A DNA stretch of 64,000 nucleotides from a virus. The stretch lies in IMG/VR virus record IMGVR_UViG_3300010278_000003; one strand, 5' to 3'. Below, in pieces: positions 21,774 through 33,005 of the stretch. Position 1 is the stretch's first letter; every line of letters starts with the position of its first letter. The notes beneath the pieces were generated by a model. The model was not told the origin of the DNA and ran no database searches. It worked only from the letters and a program-made list of their open reading frames with translations. The position numbers and the translations under genes were made by a program.

Positions 21774-23100
21774 TCAAATTAAACTGCATTACTTCGGATT
21801 CTATCGGCAAATCATCTTTAGTAATTGTACATTTAATAGATAATATTTTCCCAATAACGGAACTATCATTAGGAAACTTTATTTTTATCTGATTAAATTC
21901 TGTACCATCTCGCCATGTCACTTTATCTGTCCAATCTTCGTTATCTATACTACAAATCCAACTAAACTTTGTGTCAGAATATTTGATTGTAATATCTTCA
22001 TTAGAATTATCAAATAAATTCACTGTAAGAGATTTGTAACTGCCACCAACTTTAATTGTTGGCGTTGAAGCTGAAACTTTAGCTGTGATAGAAAATATGG
22101 GTGTAGTTGGAACAAGTGGCTCAGACGGATCAATTTCAGAAGTATCTGTACTGTAATAATCCGCATACATTTCACCAGTTTTAAGATTTACATAATCCGT
22201 ATGTTCGTTAAAGAAATTGCTGTAAATAGTAAGTTTTTGTAAGCCTAATGGGGAAGCTGATTCGCATTTTGTAATCTTCCATACGGAGGGATGCCTCATT
22301 AAAGCACTTACAACAACACGCATATTTTTAGAATCTTCATTTGTATACCAGATGTTTTCTGTGATAGAATTCATGGGCAACCAAATTTTATCTTGATTAT
22401 CCGTGTGTCCAAAGTATCTATCTACATAAACACCACTGGTGTAACTTTGCTGTTGTCTTAATACAGACCACATACGGCGTTTAATTCTATCTTTACCGTT
22501 CTGCTCAATCCACATAAGTTCGTAATTTACTGGCAAAATTAAAAATTTGGGAAACTGATTTGCAGGTTCATCTCTACAAATTAACCATTTGTGATATATT
22601 CCTCTATCATCAGGTAGATCACAAAACAAACCTACAGGAAATGTAGCTCCGTAACGTTTTTTAAAATCTGTTTCGTAATAATAAAGGTCATCATTTTCGT
22701 CAAATTCAAATTTTTGGCTTGGCTTAAACTGTAGATAATATTCCACTTGATTTTTATCCATAGACTGATAAGACTTTACAATAAACTTTACATCAACTTT
22801 CGTTTTATTGGTATTTTCGTAACTCATACCATCTTTAAGTGTGTAATTAAATAGGGGAGTGACACCATCTTTATCATACTTGGTAAGAAAATCATCATGA
22901 AAATAATCATAAATGTAAGCAACTTTGTTTTGAAGATCATGTTGCCATGTTTGTCCCATAACAAAATCTGCATTTTCTTTATGAATCTGTCCGATTGTTT
23001 TCGCACAATTTGTTTTCGTGTTTGTTACTCTTCTTGCAACGTTCAAACTCGGCAATCGGATCACCTCCTTCGAACATAATCTTAATGTAACTATGAGCAT
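21766..23100 (-). CDS. Putative head-tail joining protein with C-terminal Ig-like domain (start probably TTG ~23056)
   Basis: SD GGAGG precedes LPSL; beta-rich C-terminus. Confidence 0.55.
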   Translation of the reverse strand: MLIVTLRLCSKEVIRLPSLNVARRVTNTKTNCAKTIGQIHKENADFVMGQTWQHDLQNKVAYIYDYFHDDFLTKYDKDGVTPLFNYTLKDGMSYENTNKTKVDVKFIVKSYQSMDKNQVEYYLQFKPSQKFEFDENDDLYYYETDFKKRYGATFPVGLFCDLPDDRGIYHKWLICRDEPANQFPKFLILPVNYELMWIEQNGKDRIKRRMWSVLRQQQSYTSGVYVDRYFGHTDNQDKIWLPMNSITENIWYTNEDSKNMRVVVSALMRHPSVWKITKCESASPLGLQKLTIYSNFFNEHTDYVNLKTGEMYADYYSTDTSEIDPSEPLVPTTPIFSITAKVSASTPTIKVGGSYKSLTVNLFDNSNEDITIKYSDTKFSWICSIDNEDWTDKVTWRDGTEFNQIKIKFPNDSSVIGKILSIKCTITKDDLPIESEVMQFNLIE

Positions 23101-23446
23101 CTAAAATTGCTGTTCTGAAAACATTAAAATCATAATTGCTACTTAAAACTTCATTATAAGCTCCTTGAAGTACAGACATAAGAGATACCATGTAGCCATT
23201 ATCATTAAACAAAGTCACAGTACCACTAAACCTATACATAACTTTTTTAAAAAAATGAAAAAATGCTTTGTCATCCTCAAAAATCATTTGTTCGACTTGA
23301 GGATCTTTGTAAAGTAAAAGCTTGTGAATATCATTATGCATTGCACGAGCTGCTTCTTTGATTTGCTTTCCAGAAAATGAACCATATATGTATCTCATAT
23401 TAAGACTCCGTGTTAATATAAGAATTATACATATATCCGTAATCAC
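22979..23446 (-). CDS. Hypothetical protein (start probably MRYIYG ~23398)
   Basis: ORF track; SD GGAG upstream of the internal ATG. Confidence 0.55.
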   Translation of the reverse strand: MITDICIILILTRSLNMRYIYGSFSGKQIKEAARAMHNDIHKLLLYKDPQVEQMIFEDDKAFFHFFKKVMYRFSGTVTLFNDNGYMVSLMSVLQGAYNEVLSSNYDFNVFRTAILDAHSYIKIMFEGGDPIAEFERCKKSNKHENKLCENNRTDS

Positions 23447-23855
23447 GTATCATTTTGTGTAATTCTTTCTTCATAGAATCAAGACGTTCAATCATATTTT
23501 TGTGATTGTCGAGTAACTTTTTTTCTTCTTTTCCTCCTATCATTACTGATGTATGAAGAATAGAATCAATTTGCGGTTGTAACCATTCAATCGTCATTCC
23601 AAGGATAATCAAGTCTACCACAAAATCTTCATCCGATACTTTATCAACAGAATTATTTAATTCAAAACTTATCTGTTGAATTTCATCATCTAATAAAAGT
23701 GAAGAAAAAAGTCTACGTACTCTTGGATTCCCTATTACGTTATGTAATCTTTCTGTATAAATCTCAAGCAAATCATTTTCATTTAAAGATAGTTCTTTTG
23801 GATCGTTAATACGACCTCTAGTGCGTGAAAACACCGTTTCATATGGAAGCGTCAT
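23400..23855 (-). CDS. Putative head-tail connector
   Basis: 151 aa, helical, two genes after the capsid gene. Confidence 0.55.
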   Translation of the reverse strand: MTLPYETVFSRTRGRINDPKELSLNENDLLEIYTERLHNVIGNPRVRRLFSSLLLDDEIQQISFELNNSVDKVSDEDFVVDLIILGMTIEWLQPQIDSILHTSVMIGGKEEKKLLDNHKNMIERLDSMKKELHKMIRDYGYMYNSYINTES

Positions 23856-23870
23856 TTTAACCCTCCCTTA

Positions 23871-24476
23871 TTATCTCTGTGCAAGTGTAAGTAAAAGATG
23901 TGTTTCAAAAATTTCATCAAGTGCTGTTATCTTTTTTACAGAATCATATTTTCCACTCATAATCATAGATGCAGCAATTCCTTTAAGTGACTCACGAGCA
24001 CTATTAGGCAGTTCTGCAATAGCAGATTTCATCTGGTAAACTGGAAGGTTAAGAATATCTGTTAAATCCTTCTGTGTATAAAGAGAATCATATAAGGTTT
24101 TTAAATCAGGATACTGTGCAAGAAATTCTTCGTCCTGTATGATAAAACGAGGTCTTGTTATGCAAGCTTTATGTGATCGAATCATATATACCAAATCTTG
24201 ATACTCTACTTCTTCAATATCTCCATAATCAGCCCATCTATATAAAATTCCTGATTTTTCTCCTGTGACAAGAAGTTTTCCATTAGTAAAAGATCTGCAA
24301 GGAATAACATCTTCCTTTTCATACTTGCGTATTTTAGGTTCTTCTTTTATTTTTGTTTCAACAATTTCCTGTTCCACATCTTTTGTTTCAACAGGAACTG
24401 CTGTCTTTTTCTGATACGCCATTTTATTTTCCTTTCTATCCAATAAAATAGGAGAGTGGTATTTCGCACTCTCCAT
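23871..24476 (-). CDS. Hypothetical virion-associated protein (start probably MAYQKK ~24422)
   Basis: ORF directly after the capsid gene. Confidence 0.55.
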   Translation of the reverse strand: MESAKYHSPILLDRKENKMAYQKKTAVPVETKDVEQEIVETKIKEEPKIRKYEKEDVIPCRSFTNGKLLVTGEKSGILYRWADYGDIEEVEYQDLVYMIRSHKACITRPRFIIQDEEFLAQYPDLKTLYDSLYTQKDLTDILNLPVYQMKSAIAELPNSARESLKGIAASMIMSGKYDSVKKITALDEIFETHLLLTLAQR

Positions 24477-24497
24477 AAATTTTTATATAATTAAATT

Positions 24498-25562
24498 TTA
24501 TTCTAATGTCCACTGACCAAACTGACGTGTGATAATTGTTGCAACACCCATACGTCTCTGAGCTTCGTATGTCTGCATATCATCTGCTGTATCACCAATC
24601 TCACTTATTTCGAGAGTAGTCTCACCGCCATCAATAAATTTAACAGGCTTGTAGTCAATTACAGGGAATATTAAAAGAACATTTGAATCAATTAATTTCT
24701 CTGCGAGTTTGTTATCTTTAAATCTCTGAGGAATTTCAAGAAGCTGTGTTCCTTCATATGAACCAAGAATACCTGTGGCTGCCACTGCTTCTTTCTGTGA
24801 ATTAGCAATCCAATCAACAGAACCATCACCTGCTAAAGCATTGAGCTTCTTAAGAGCTGTTTTTGTACCCATAATAACAACAGATGATACATTGTTTACT
24901 GTTGCAACATTAGAAATAATTTCATCAAAATCTTCTTTCTTTGTCTTGTCAAGTGTACCTGTGCCTGTAAATCCAGTTGTAACAGGAAGCTTATTAGCGG
25001 CGTTCATAAATTCTGCATAAAGTTCATTCTGAATTTTATGTACATAAGCCTTTGCAACTGCATCAATAAGTTCTGACCAGTCTTTTCTACCTGTAAGGAA
25101 GAGTCTAATATCTCCACCAACTTTTACAGCATATCTGCTTGTAGGTACTGTATAGCTTGAGCCAGCAGCAAGTCTCTGAATTGTATAAGAATGTTGATCG
25201 CCTGAAACCTTGGCAACGTTAAGAATGATGTCTTCGTCTGTCCAGAAGTCAGTTCTGTCTCCGTCTGCAATATTTCTTGTTTCTACAAACTGATTAAAGA
25301 ATTCATTATCTCTGAAACCATATTCAATTTCTCTTTCAATAATTTCTTCAATTACTTCGAAAAGAGCTGTAGCTCTATCTGATTTTAAAGCTCTCTTAAT
25401 CTGTTTATCTGTTGAGTTAGCACTAAGACCAAGTTCTTCAAAACATACATTTCTTACTGCGTCATTTGCTTCTGCTTTGCTGATAACTCTGTTCTGTTCA
25501 TCATCAAAAATCTCACGACCTGAAGCAAGGTCAAACATTAAATTTCTAACTGTGTTTTCCAT
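24498..25562 (-). CDS. Major capsid protein
   Basis: 354 aa, HK97-like size, strongly biased codons, downstream hairpin, position after protease and decoration genes. Confidence 0.8.
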   Translation of the reverse strand: MENTVRNLMFDLASGREIFDDEQNRVISKAEANDAVRNVCFEELGLSANSTDKQIKRALKSDRATALFEVIEEIIEREIEYGFRDNEFFNQFVETRNIADGDRTDFWTDEDIILNVAKVSGDQHSYTIQRLAAGSSYTVPTSRYAVKVGGDIRLFLTGRKDWSELIDAVAKAYVHKIQNELYAEFMNAANKLPVTTGFTGTGTLDKTKKEDFDEIISNVATVNNVSSVVIMGTKTALKKLNALAGDGSVDWIANSQKEAVAATGILGSYEGTQLLEIPQRFKDNKLAEKLIDSNVLLIFPVIDYKPVKFIDGGETTLEISEIGDTADDMQTYEAQRRMGVATIITRQFGQWTLE

Positions 25563-25590
25563 AATTTATACCTTTCTCCTTTCGTAAAAT

Positions 25591-26064
25591 TTAGGCAACT
25601 ACCCATTTCTTCTCTGTGATAGTTGTGATTGTTGAACCTACTTTAACGTCACCTGTGAAATTTTCTTTTGAAAGTTCCCAGACATCTCCTTCACGAGCAG
25701 GGTAGCATCTAGCTTCCATAGAAGCAGGAATATAAAAATTACTTTCAAGTAAGAATGACTTATTGTATTCCTCTTCAATAACGGGAGGGTTATATACAAT
25801 AAGAAGTTCTGATGCAGGAATATCCTCTAAAATTTCTACATAAAAGTTTCCATTAGCTGCTGTATCAACAACTTTTGCATTTACCTTTGTAGCTTCAGCC
25901 TCTTTGTAAAGATCGAGAGATACATAATCTCCTTTAGCGATTGCAGCACCGTTCCAAAGGTCGTCTGTATGCTGGATACTATACATGTGACATGCTCCGT
26001 CTCTGGCAGCGACCTTCGAGGGAAAAGCAACGCCGAATTTTTCGATATTAACTTTAATAGCCAT
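25591..26064 (-). CDS. Putative capsid decoration/cement protein
   Basis: 157 aa between protease/scaffold and capsid; strong SD. Confidence 0.6.
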   Translation of the reverse strand: MAIKVNIEKFGVAFPSKVAARDGACHMYSIQHTDDLWNGAAIAKGDYVSLDLYKEAEATKVNAKVVDTAANGNFYVEILEDIPASELLIVYNPPVIEEEYNKSFLLESNFYIPASMEARCYPAREGDVWELSKENFTGDVKVGSTITTITEKKWVVA

Positions 26065-26174
26065 TATTTTTCCTCCTTAATTTTTGACATAATAAAAAGC
26101 CATACGTTTCCGTATGACCTACCTAAAAATTATTATTTTTTTGATTTAAATTTTGCATTTATAATGAAATATAA

Positions 26175-27803
26175 TTACTTCTTGAAAATATCTCCGTATC
26201 TACCGGATCTACTATTTCTACGAGTATTCGGGTTTCCGAATAACTTCATAGAATGATTTTTTGTATTAGGCTCTTCTAATGAAAAACTACCAACAGATGC
26301 AACATGATCGGCAAAAATTACTTTTGCTTCTTTTTCTAAGTCTTCAAGAGAATAGTTGTCCATGTTTTTCTTTAATTCTGTAAATGTTTCGTTTTCTGAT
26401 AACACAGAATATTTTTCATCTGCAAGAATTTCCTCACGTTTTGCATGAAGTTCATTTTTTTCGGCATTTTCTTTAAACTCTTTAAGGGCTGTGTAGTTTG
26501 AACGCATATCTTCTATAGAAAGCTTTTCTGATTCTGTAAGAAGCATAGCAAACATTTCGATTCTTTCACCAGACAACGCAACATTATCTCCGTCTTTTGT
26601 GTAAGACTGTTTGTAGTATTTATTACTATCCCAATCCTCCATAATAAAATAATCTTCATAAACCTGAGATACATAGCACCATTCTGAATCATTTCTGTAA
26701 ATTGAACATAACGCATTTAATGCGTAATGAATTTCATCAAATGAAATCTCAAACAATTTATTAAATAACTCATCTTTGGAAAAATCTTTATTGTCACCTT
26801 CATCATTGGAAGGCTCACCAGATTGTCCATTATCTGCATTGTCGTCATCAAACACTTCAGCAAATTTTGCTTCAAGTTCTTCATCTGACATTTCTGCATA
26901 ATCAAATGTTACATCTTCAGCAGTCTTGCCGTATTTAGCAAGTAGCTCTTCAAACTTTGTCATGTCTTTATTTATTCCTCCTTCCTTTGATTGTGTTTGA
27001 GCATGGTTTTGCTCTTTATTGAATTTAGAAAGTGTCTTATTAAGATTTTCTAAGAGTTCAATCAATTTTTCATCTTTGTCAAATTTAATTGAATTATTAA
27101 CTGTAAAATCTTCTATTTTAAAATTTGATCCAGCCATTCCTGGCTTTGATTTTGCCGACAATAAAGTTAAAGCTGAAACATAAAAGTCGTCCAAAACTAA
27201 TACTTTTTCAGCACCATCAAAACTCATAGCTCTGATGCTTAATTCAATTGAACAATCTACTGTTCCTCGTCTATTCAAGATGTCAATGGCATCTTGGCAA
27301 TATTCATTATATAAATACCCATGTAATACAGCCCTGTTTACATCAGCTTCTTTGTCATACTCAATAGCATTTTTAGAACCATCAATAACACCAATTGGTT
27401 GTTCATCATAAACAGTTTTTTTAATTTCTACTTGTTTCCCATTAGAATCTGTTTCTATAACCTTTTCTATATGAAAGTCATGCGCCCCAAAATCAAGCTC
27501 ACCAGTTTCTTCATCTTTTACAATATTCGCCAGAATTGGACGTAAATGTGATGATGGTAAATTCTCTTCGAAACTTTCTGTCTCTATCTTCGACTTATTT
27601 AGGTTAATTTTGTCATGAAAAGCTCTACTGACAAAAGGAGTCATTCCTTCTGTAAAACGTGTTTCACTTTCAGTATCTTTTTCAAAAAGTCCCGGCATTT
27701 TTACTACAATTTCAGCACCAGAATCATTGCTATCAAATTTTAAAAAATTATTTTGTAAACAAAAATCATATAATTCATCTACAGTCATAACTTTTATTTT
27801 CAT
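26175..27803 (-). CDS. Prohead protease / scaffold fusion
   Basis: N-terminal H...CSIEL protease-like region and an acidic coiled-coil C-terminal half with an internal SD (AAGGAGG) before MTKFEE. Confidence 0.7.
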   Translation of the reverse strand: MKIKVMTVDELYDFCLQNNFLKFDSNDSGAEIVVKMPGLFEKDTESETRFTEGMTPFVSRAFHDKINLNKSKIETESFEENLPSSHLRPILANIVKDEETGELDFGAHDFHIEKVIETDSNGKQVEIKKTVYDEQPIGVIDGSKNAIEYDKEADVNRAVLHGYLYNEYCQDAIDILNRRGTVDCSIELSIRAMSFDGAEKVLVLDDFYVSALTLLSAKSKPGMAGSNFKIEDFTVNNSIKFDKDEKLIELLENLNKTLSKFNKEQNHAQTQSKEGGINKDMTKFEELLAKYGKTAEDVTFDYAEMSDEELEAKFAEVFDDDNADNGQSGEPSNDEGDNKDFSKDELFNKLFEISFDEIHYALNALCSIYRNDSEWCYVSQVYEDYFIMEDWDSNKYYKQSYTKDGDNVALSGERIEMFAMLLTESEKLSIEDMRSNYTALKEFKENAEKNELHAKREEILADEKYSVLSENETFTELKKNMDNYSLEDLEKEAKVIFADHVASVGSFSLEEPNTKNHSMKLFGNPNTRRNSRSGRYGDIFKK

Positions 27804-27871
27804 ATGTTTGTTCTGTCCCTCCTTTCTTTAAAAATGAACATAAATAAAACCACTCAAAGATAGGAGAGTGG

Positions 27872-28042
27872 TTAAAATGTAAGCATATTTGTGTATTGTA
27901 TTTTTGATTTATCTTCAAACGTAAAAGGTTTGTCGTTTACAAAAATAGCAAATTCACCGTTTTTTGAAACCATTGTAAATCCTTCTTTGAGAAGGGTAGA
28001 TATTGTTTCTTTGTCCAATGTTCGAATAAAATTCTGTTTCAT
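27872..28042 (-). CDS. Small hypothetical protein, 56 aa (not in ORF track)
   Basis: SD GGGAG; MKQNFIRTLDKETIST...YTNMLTF. Confidence 0.6.
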   Translation of the reverse strand: MKQNFIRTLDKETISTLLKEGFTMVSKNGEFAIFVNDKPFTFEDKSKIQYTNMLTF

Positions 28043-28058
28043 CCAGTCACTCCCTTAA

Positions 28059-29624
28059 TTATCCTTTTGCCTTATCTTTCTTGTCACGACTAGCTTCTCC
28101 TTCAGAAGATATTTCATCATCCGACTTAGTTTGTCCACCAGCATCCTTTCCAGATTGAACATAAGAAGTTTGCAATGGAACAAAACGGCTTGAAAGTTGT
28201 AAACAATCTTCTTCCAAAAAATTTAAAGCAAGGGTATCTAATTCACTAAATCCATTAATGCTGTTAATCATCAATTTGGTAGGTAGTCCATTTTGACCAG
28301 ATTCCAATATTGATTTCTTAAATTCTTCTTTTGTAAAAGTCGAAACCTCAAAAAATTTAATCTTGCATGGATCTGAAATATAACTTCCTATAATTCGATT
28401 AACAATTAATTCAGTTTGTGGAATAAGTGAGGATAGAGCAAATTCAGAGTCCACACGCATACTGCCAGAAAACGCAGTTGATCCAGATACTGTTGCAGAG
28501 TTTAAAACCTGAGCACCGCCAGCAGTGTTCAAAATATTTTCAGTTGCCTTTTCTATTTTATTTACATCAGTAGCCTGGTCATCTGAAAATGTCATTTTAT
28601 TTAGTTTGCCCGGAATTAACGCATAAGAAGCATAATCAGGTAAAGCTTCCGAGGTCATTCTATTCCAATAAGGAATAGTTACTTGTTCAGGGTCAACTTT
28701 AAAATCATTAGGTTCGCCACTATCAAATGTCTCCATTTCCATCCAAACGAGATTGTAAATTTGTTTCTCATCTACTACAGCTTGGATATCGGCAAGGTCT
28801 AATAAAGAAACTAAATCTGTAAACATCGGAGCAAAAACAGGGACTATTGTTTCCCAATCTTCAGCTCTAAATTTTAAGCACACACCATATTGAGGATCAA
28901 ATACTTGATATTTCTCTCCTGTTTTTTGATATGCGTTAAACATACTTTGGAAAGGCTCTCCATAATATTCAAGTAAATCTTGATTACTTTTAAAATATGA
29001 CATATCCATACAAGGTGCAAAGTCACCTTTGTTATAAAAACCTGCAATTTTACAATAATCTGGGTCAAGTGGAAGTATAAACATACCTTCGCCTTCGGTG
29101 TAATAAGCACAGCCATAAAATACGTCTTCTCTCAATGCTATAACATAAGCTTTGAAAAATTCGTATTGTAAATTCATATTATCTAATGTTTTTAAAGTTT
29201 CATAATAACTTTGCAATGTCGAATCTTTATCGTTTTCGCCAGTTATATCATATTTAGGGATTACCGAGCGAATAGATAAATCAGCTTGTCCTGCATAGTA
29301 CTTGACGAGCCTATAATAAATTTCACATCTATAAAATAAATAACGTGAAAGACCTCTAAGGTTCTTTTCATTAGAAGAAATATTCTGTAAATATGCCCTG
29401 ATAGTTTCCTTATTGTAGTTACTAATACTACGATAAGTTTTGGATTTCTGAATATCTCTTAATTGTTTTGCTACAGTAGTAGCATCAAATTTTGCTATAC
29501 GATTTTTATTTTTTTCATAAAATTCTCTCATCTCAGCAGCAGTTGGTTGCTTTGATTGGGAAGTAGAAGAGGGTATTGTGTTTGCAGTAGGTGCATTAGC
29601 ATCTACTTTCTTTGTTCTTGGCAT
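28059..29624 (-). CDS. Portal protein
   Basis: 521 aa immediately after terminase; ALREDVFYG...LPLDPDYCKI pattern. Confidence 0.8.
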   Translation of the reverse strand: MPRTKKVDANAPTANTIPSSTSQSKQPTAAEMREFYEKNKNRIAKFDATTVAKQLRDIQKSKTYRSISNYNKETIRAYLQNISSNEKNLRGLSRYLFYRCEIYYRLVKYYAGQADLSIRSVIPKYDITGENDKDSTLQSYYETLKTLDNMNLQYEFFKAYVIALREDVFYGCAYYTEGEGMFILPLDPDYCKIAGFYNKGDFAPCMDMSYFKSNQDLLEYYGEPFQSMFNAYQKTGEKYQVFDPQYGVCLKFRAEDWETIVPVFAPMFTDLVSLLDLADIQAVVDEKQIYNLVWMEMETFDSGEPNDFKVDPEQVTIPYWNRMTSEALPDYASYALIPGKLNKMTFSDDQATDVNKIEKATENILNTAGGAQVLNSATVSGSTAFSGSMRVDSEFALSSLIPQTELIVNRIIGSYISDPCKIKFFEVSTFTKEEFKKSILESGQNGLPTKLMINSINGFSELDTLALNFLEEDCLQLSSRFVPLQTSYVQSGKDAGGQTKSDDEISSEGEASRDKKDKAKG

Positions 29625-29644
29625 TCTTAGTTAACGCACCTCCT

Positions 29645-31717
29645 TTAATTGAACATAGAAAAACGCTTACCTTGACGAATAGGTAAGCGATTGACTAGAT
29701 CGTCAGTATTAGTTAATCGTTTTTTATTTGTTATTGCTTTTCTGCGTTCACACATGAGGGCGTAAGAAGCCATACATGCCGTGTAAGCCCTATCATCATG
29801 GAGCTTGTTGGCTTTCTCTGGTGTAAGTTCAAACGAATCCTTTCCAGAATCACGCTTTTTACGAACCATATTTACAAGCTCTTCTTTTAAAGCGTCAATA
29901 TTAGCAAGAGCAATTTCATCCTGCCAATCAAGTTTTATAGTCTTTGTATTAACAGATTCAATTTTCTCTAATTCTTCATTGAGCTTAGTTTCAAATTCCT
30001 TTTCATTGACTTTTTGTTTCCTTAGTTCAGCAGAAATTCGTTCTTTTTCTTTAGCCAATTTCTTCTCATCAACATCAAAAACAGTGAGATAGCCTTTATG
30101 ATCATATTGTGATGTAAAGCTGATTTTATCCTGATTCATCAATTCTATCATTGCTTCATACATTTCAGATTTATAACCAGCAGGAGACATAAGATGCACC
30201 TTGTCTACTGCATTAGGAAATTTCTTAACATAATCAGCGGAATATTCTTTGTCAATTAAGCCTCTATGAACAATGCCAGCAGAGTCTGTCCAATCTGGCA
30301 TTAAATAATCAGCTATATTAACACCAGATCCGCCGCTACCTGCATCAATGTACACACCAACAATATTTCCATATGCGTCAGCTCCACCGTTATAATCAAG
30401 AATTACTTTTTTTAAATATTCGATCTGATCTGGCGTTTGCATAGGAGATTTGATTTTTTTGCCAACATCAACAAGATTAATACAGTTTACTAATCTCATT
30501 CTTGTATCAATACTTCCATCTACTTGCTCGTATTCATAAATTTCTCCAACAAGAATTACTGAATTATCACGACTTCTGGCAGGATCGTATGTAATAACAA
30601 ATTTTTTATCACCAGTGTCATTATAAAGAAGCGGTTTTCTTGTTTCTTCGTTTCGTGTGATAACACCTCTACGGATAATTGCATCAGTACCAGCGTCTGT
30701 GGTAAAAATACAATAATACTCACGTCTTGCCTTTTCAGGATTTGTTCTCATTTCAGATTCAACAGTATTTCGAGATAGAAGAGGAGTGACTAATTCACCT
30801 CTAAGAGTTGGTTTAAATGCTTGTTCGCAATCTATATGTAAAACACAATAATCTGGATTTCCCATAATTTGTTGTTTTGAAAAATCACGATATAATCTCC
30901 AAAATTGAGTATCGGTTGAAGAAGCCGAACTGATATAATACTTTTGATATGATAAATCTCGTGGCAAACATCTCTGACGGATAGGGTCTATCGAATTACC
31001 ATCTATGTCCTTACCTGTCTTTAAACTCTTGTTAACAACAGCAAACGCACCGTAAACATTCATCATTTCATCAGACAAGAAACCACTTTCATCAAAAATT
31101 ACAGTTCCTCGCATACCTCTTTTGGCATCTATATTTCCATTTAATGTCCTAGTCATAGATCCATTATAACAGGAATAGGAAAATCCATTAGACGAGTGTG
31201 AAAATCCATCTCCTGCTGCATTTTTAATTTCAATCTCATTCTTAAATAAAGAACCCGTTGAACCATAAAATGTATCAATATTATCATTGGCAAGTCGTTC
31301 CAAGGTGGTAAAAGTCTGTTCAGCCTGACCACCTGTTCCACTTGCAATATATGTCCATACGTTACAAAAACACATATCTTTAGCCATAATCTCAAGGTCT
31401 ATGACTGTACTTTTACCATATCCACGAGTACATACAGCAAGTACATTTGGACAAATCCAGCTTCTCTGAACAAGGAGAGATTGCCCATCCAAAAGTTCTA
31501 TATTAAAAAAAAGATCTATAGCTTTCACAGGGTTGCATTGTAGATATTTCTGAATTTCGGCAATTTGAATATAAGACTCAATTTTACGAGATGAAATTGA
31601 ATAACCATGTGGTTTTACATATATTCCGTATTGATTATAAAAATCCTTATCATAATCAAGAATTTCATTCTGATAATAATTCAGAATCATTTGTTTATTC
31701 TGATTCACTTTCAGCAA
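29645..31717 (-). CDS. Terminase large subunit
   Basis: Walker A TRGYGKS, Walker B VIFDE, coupling motif ISSA, nuclease YDPARSRDNS...HDDRAY. Confidence 0.92.
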   Translation of the reverse strand: MLKVNQNKQMILNYYQNEILDYDKDFYNQYGIYVKPHGYSISSRKIESYIQIAEIQKYLQCNPVKAIDLFFNIELLDGQSLLVQRSWICPNVLAVCTRGYGKSTVIDLEIMAKDMCFCNVWTYIASGTGGQAEQTFTTLERLANDNIDTFYGSTGSLFKNEIEIKNAAGDGFSHSSNGFSYSCYNGSMTRTLNGNIDAKRGMRGTVIFDESGFLSDEMMNVYGAFAVVNKSLKTGKDIDGNSIDPIRQRCLPRDLSYQKYYISSASSTDTQFWRLYRDFSKQQIMGNPDYCVLHIDCEQAFKPTLRGELVTPLLSRNTVESEMRTNPEKARREYYCIFTTDAGTDAIIRRGVITRNEETRKPLLYNDTGDKKFVITYDPARSRDNSVILVGEIYEYEQVDGSIDTRMRLVNCINLVDVGKKIKSPMQTPDQIEYLKKVILDYNGGADAYGNIVGVYIDAGSGGSGVNIADYLMPDWTDSAGIVHRGLIDKEYSADYVKKFPNAVDKVHLMSPAGYKSEMYEAMIELMNQDKISFTSQYDHKGYLTVFDVDEKKLAKEKERISAELRKQKVNEKEFETKLNEELEKIESVNTKTIKLDWQDEIALANIDALKEELVNMVRKKRDSGKDSFELTPEKANKLHDDRAYTACMASYALMCERRKAITNKKRLTNTDDLVNRLPIRQGKRFSMFN

Positions 31718-33005
31718 CCTCCTTTATTTTTTCATTTGGAGACTCTTCAGCTTCATCAAATTCCGCAAAGACAGAATAAACATCTTTTAAGTCTTTTAGT
31801 TGTTCTTCATTTAGCAAATTATTTTCCTTTAATGTGTCTCTTAAATCAAGATTTTCACGTAATAATATTCTATTAATTTCTTGGTAAGCATCTTTTTCCT
31901 TACGAAGACAAGTATTTACAACACGCATTTCAGAAACCATATCTGACCACTCAGATTCATCAAGTGCCAATTGTTTCATAATAGAAGCATCGCTGATTTC
32001 CTGAACCTGTTGCATACCTCTGCATGTATCAATATCAAAGCCGTTAACTTCACCGCTTCGTAGATTAAGACTTTTAATTTTTTTGATTTTACCAGTCCAA
32101 GTATTTTCACCTTTTTTAGCATTTTTATTATGTTTTAATGATATACAACTATCTTGAGCAAGACTTGTAATAACTGAAGTTATTTTGCTCTTGCTTTCCT
32201 GCAAAGATTTTATTGTTGCAGAATTGTGTTCAATATTTGAAATATCACACATTAACTTTGATATAGTGTCATCAATTTTAGATTGTTGTAAGAATCCACG
32301 AACAATAGAAATGGCAGAAGATGTACGCATCATGTCTTCATTGGCATCCTCACTAGAATCTAATAATCCTAATAGTTGTGAATACAAAAAAGGTTGGTCG
32401 GCTATATCTTCTTTTTCAAAAGGATCATAACTAAGCAATCGTATAACATCATTTTTGTTTTTTAAAAAACTATCATACGTATCCAATCCTGCGTGAGATT
32501 CAATTAATTTTTCTTCATTTGTTGCTTCGTTTTCAGTATTATCTTTAATAAAATGGTCTGAATCAAAGTATGTCTTACCAACATAATTAACCATTTGAAT
32601 ATTTTTAATATAAGAATTCCAAACGTTTGTTTTTACTTTTCCTGACACGAGATTTTCAGTTTCTTGTATACTTGCGTTCCATACCGAATCGAGAAAAGGC
32701 TTTTGCAAATATTTTAATGCTAGTTTTACACTGTCTTTTGTTGGTTCATGTTCATGTCCTTTTTCATCTACTCGTAGTGCAATTTTTCTTGCACATTCAC
32801 GACATATAGGAGTACAAGTCAATCCACCATACATAGGATCTGTATTAACATAAAATTTAGTTTCTCTATCTTTATGTTTTTTACACATTAAACAAAAAGC
32901 TGTTTTATCATAGTTATCAAGTTTATGTTGCAATTCCTCAACTTTTTCTCTAGCCTCGGCAGCCGTTAATTTAACTGGTTGCGTAGTGCTTTTTTTTGTA
33001 GCCAA
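31695..33005 (-). CDS. Hypothetical Zn-finger/coiled-coil protein, possible terminase small subunit
   Basis: CLMC/CREC pairs; overlaps the terminase start. Confidence 0.55.
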   Translation of the reverse strand: MATKKSTTQPVKLTAAEAREKVEELQHKLDNYDKTAFCLMCKKHKDRETKFYVNTDPMYGGLTCTPICRECARKIALRVDEKGHEHEPTKDSVKLALKYLQKPFLDSVWNASIQETENLVSGKVKTNVWNSYIKNIQMVNYVGKTYFDSDHFIKDNTENEATNEEKLIESHAGLDTYDSFLKNKNDVIRLLSYDPFEKEDIADQPFLYSQLLGLLDSSEDANEDMMRTSSAISIVRGFLQQSKIDDTISKLMCDISNIEHNSATIKSLQESKSKITSVITSLAQDSCISLKHNKNAKKGENTWTGKIKKIKSLNLRSGEVNGFDIDTCRGMQQVQEISDASIMKQLALDESEWSDMVSEMRVVNTCLRKEKDAYQEINRILLRENLDLRDTLKENNLLNEEQLKDLKDVYSVFAEFDEAEESPNEKIKEVAESESE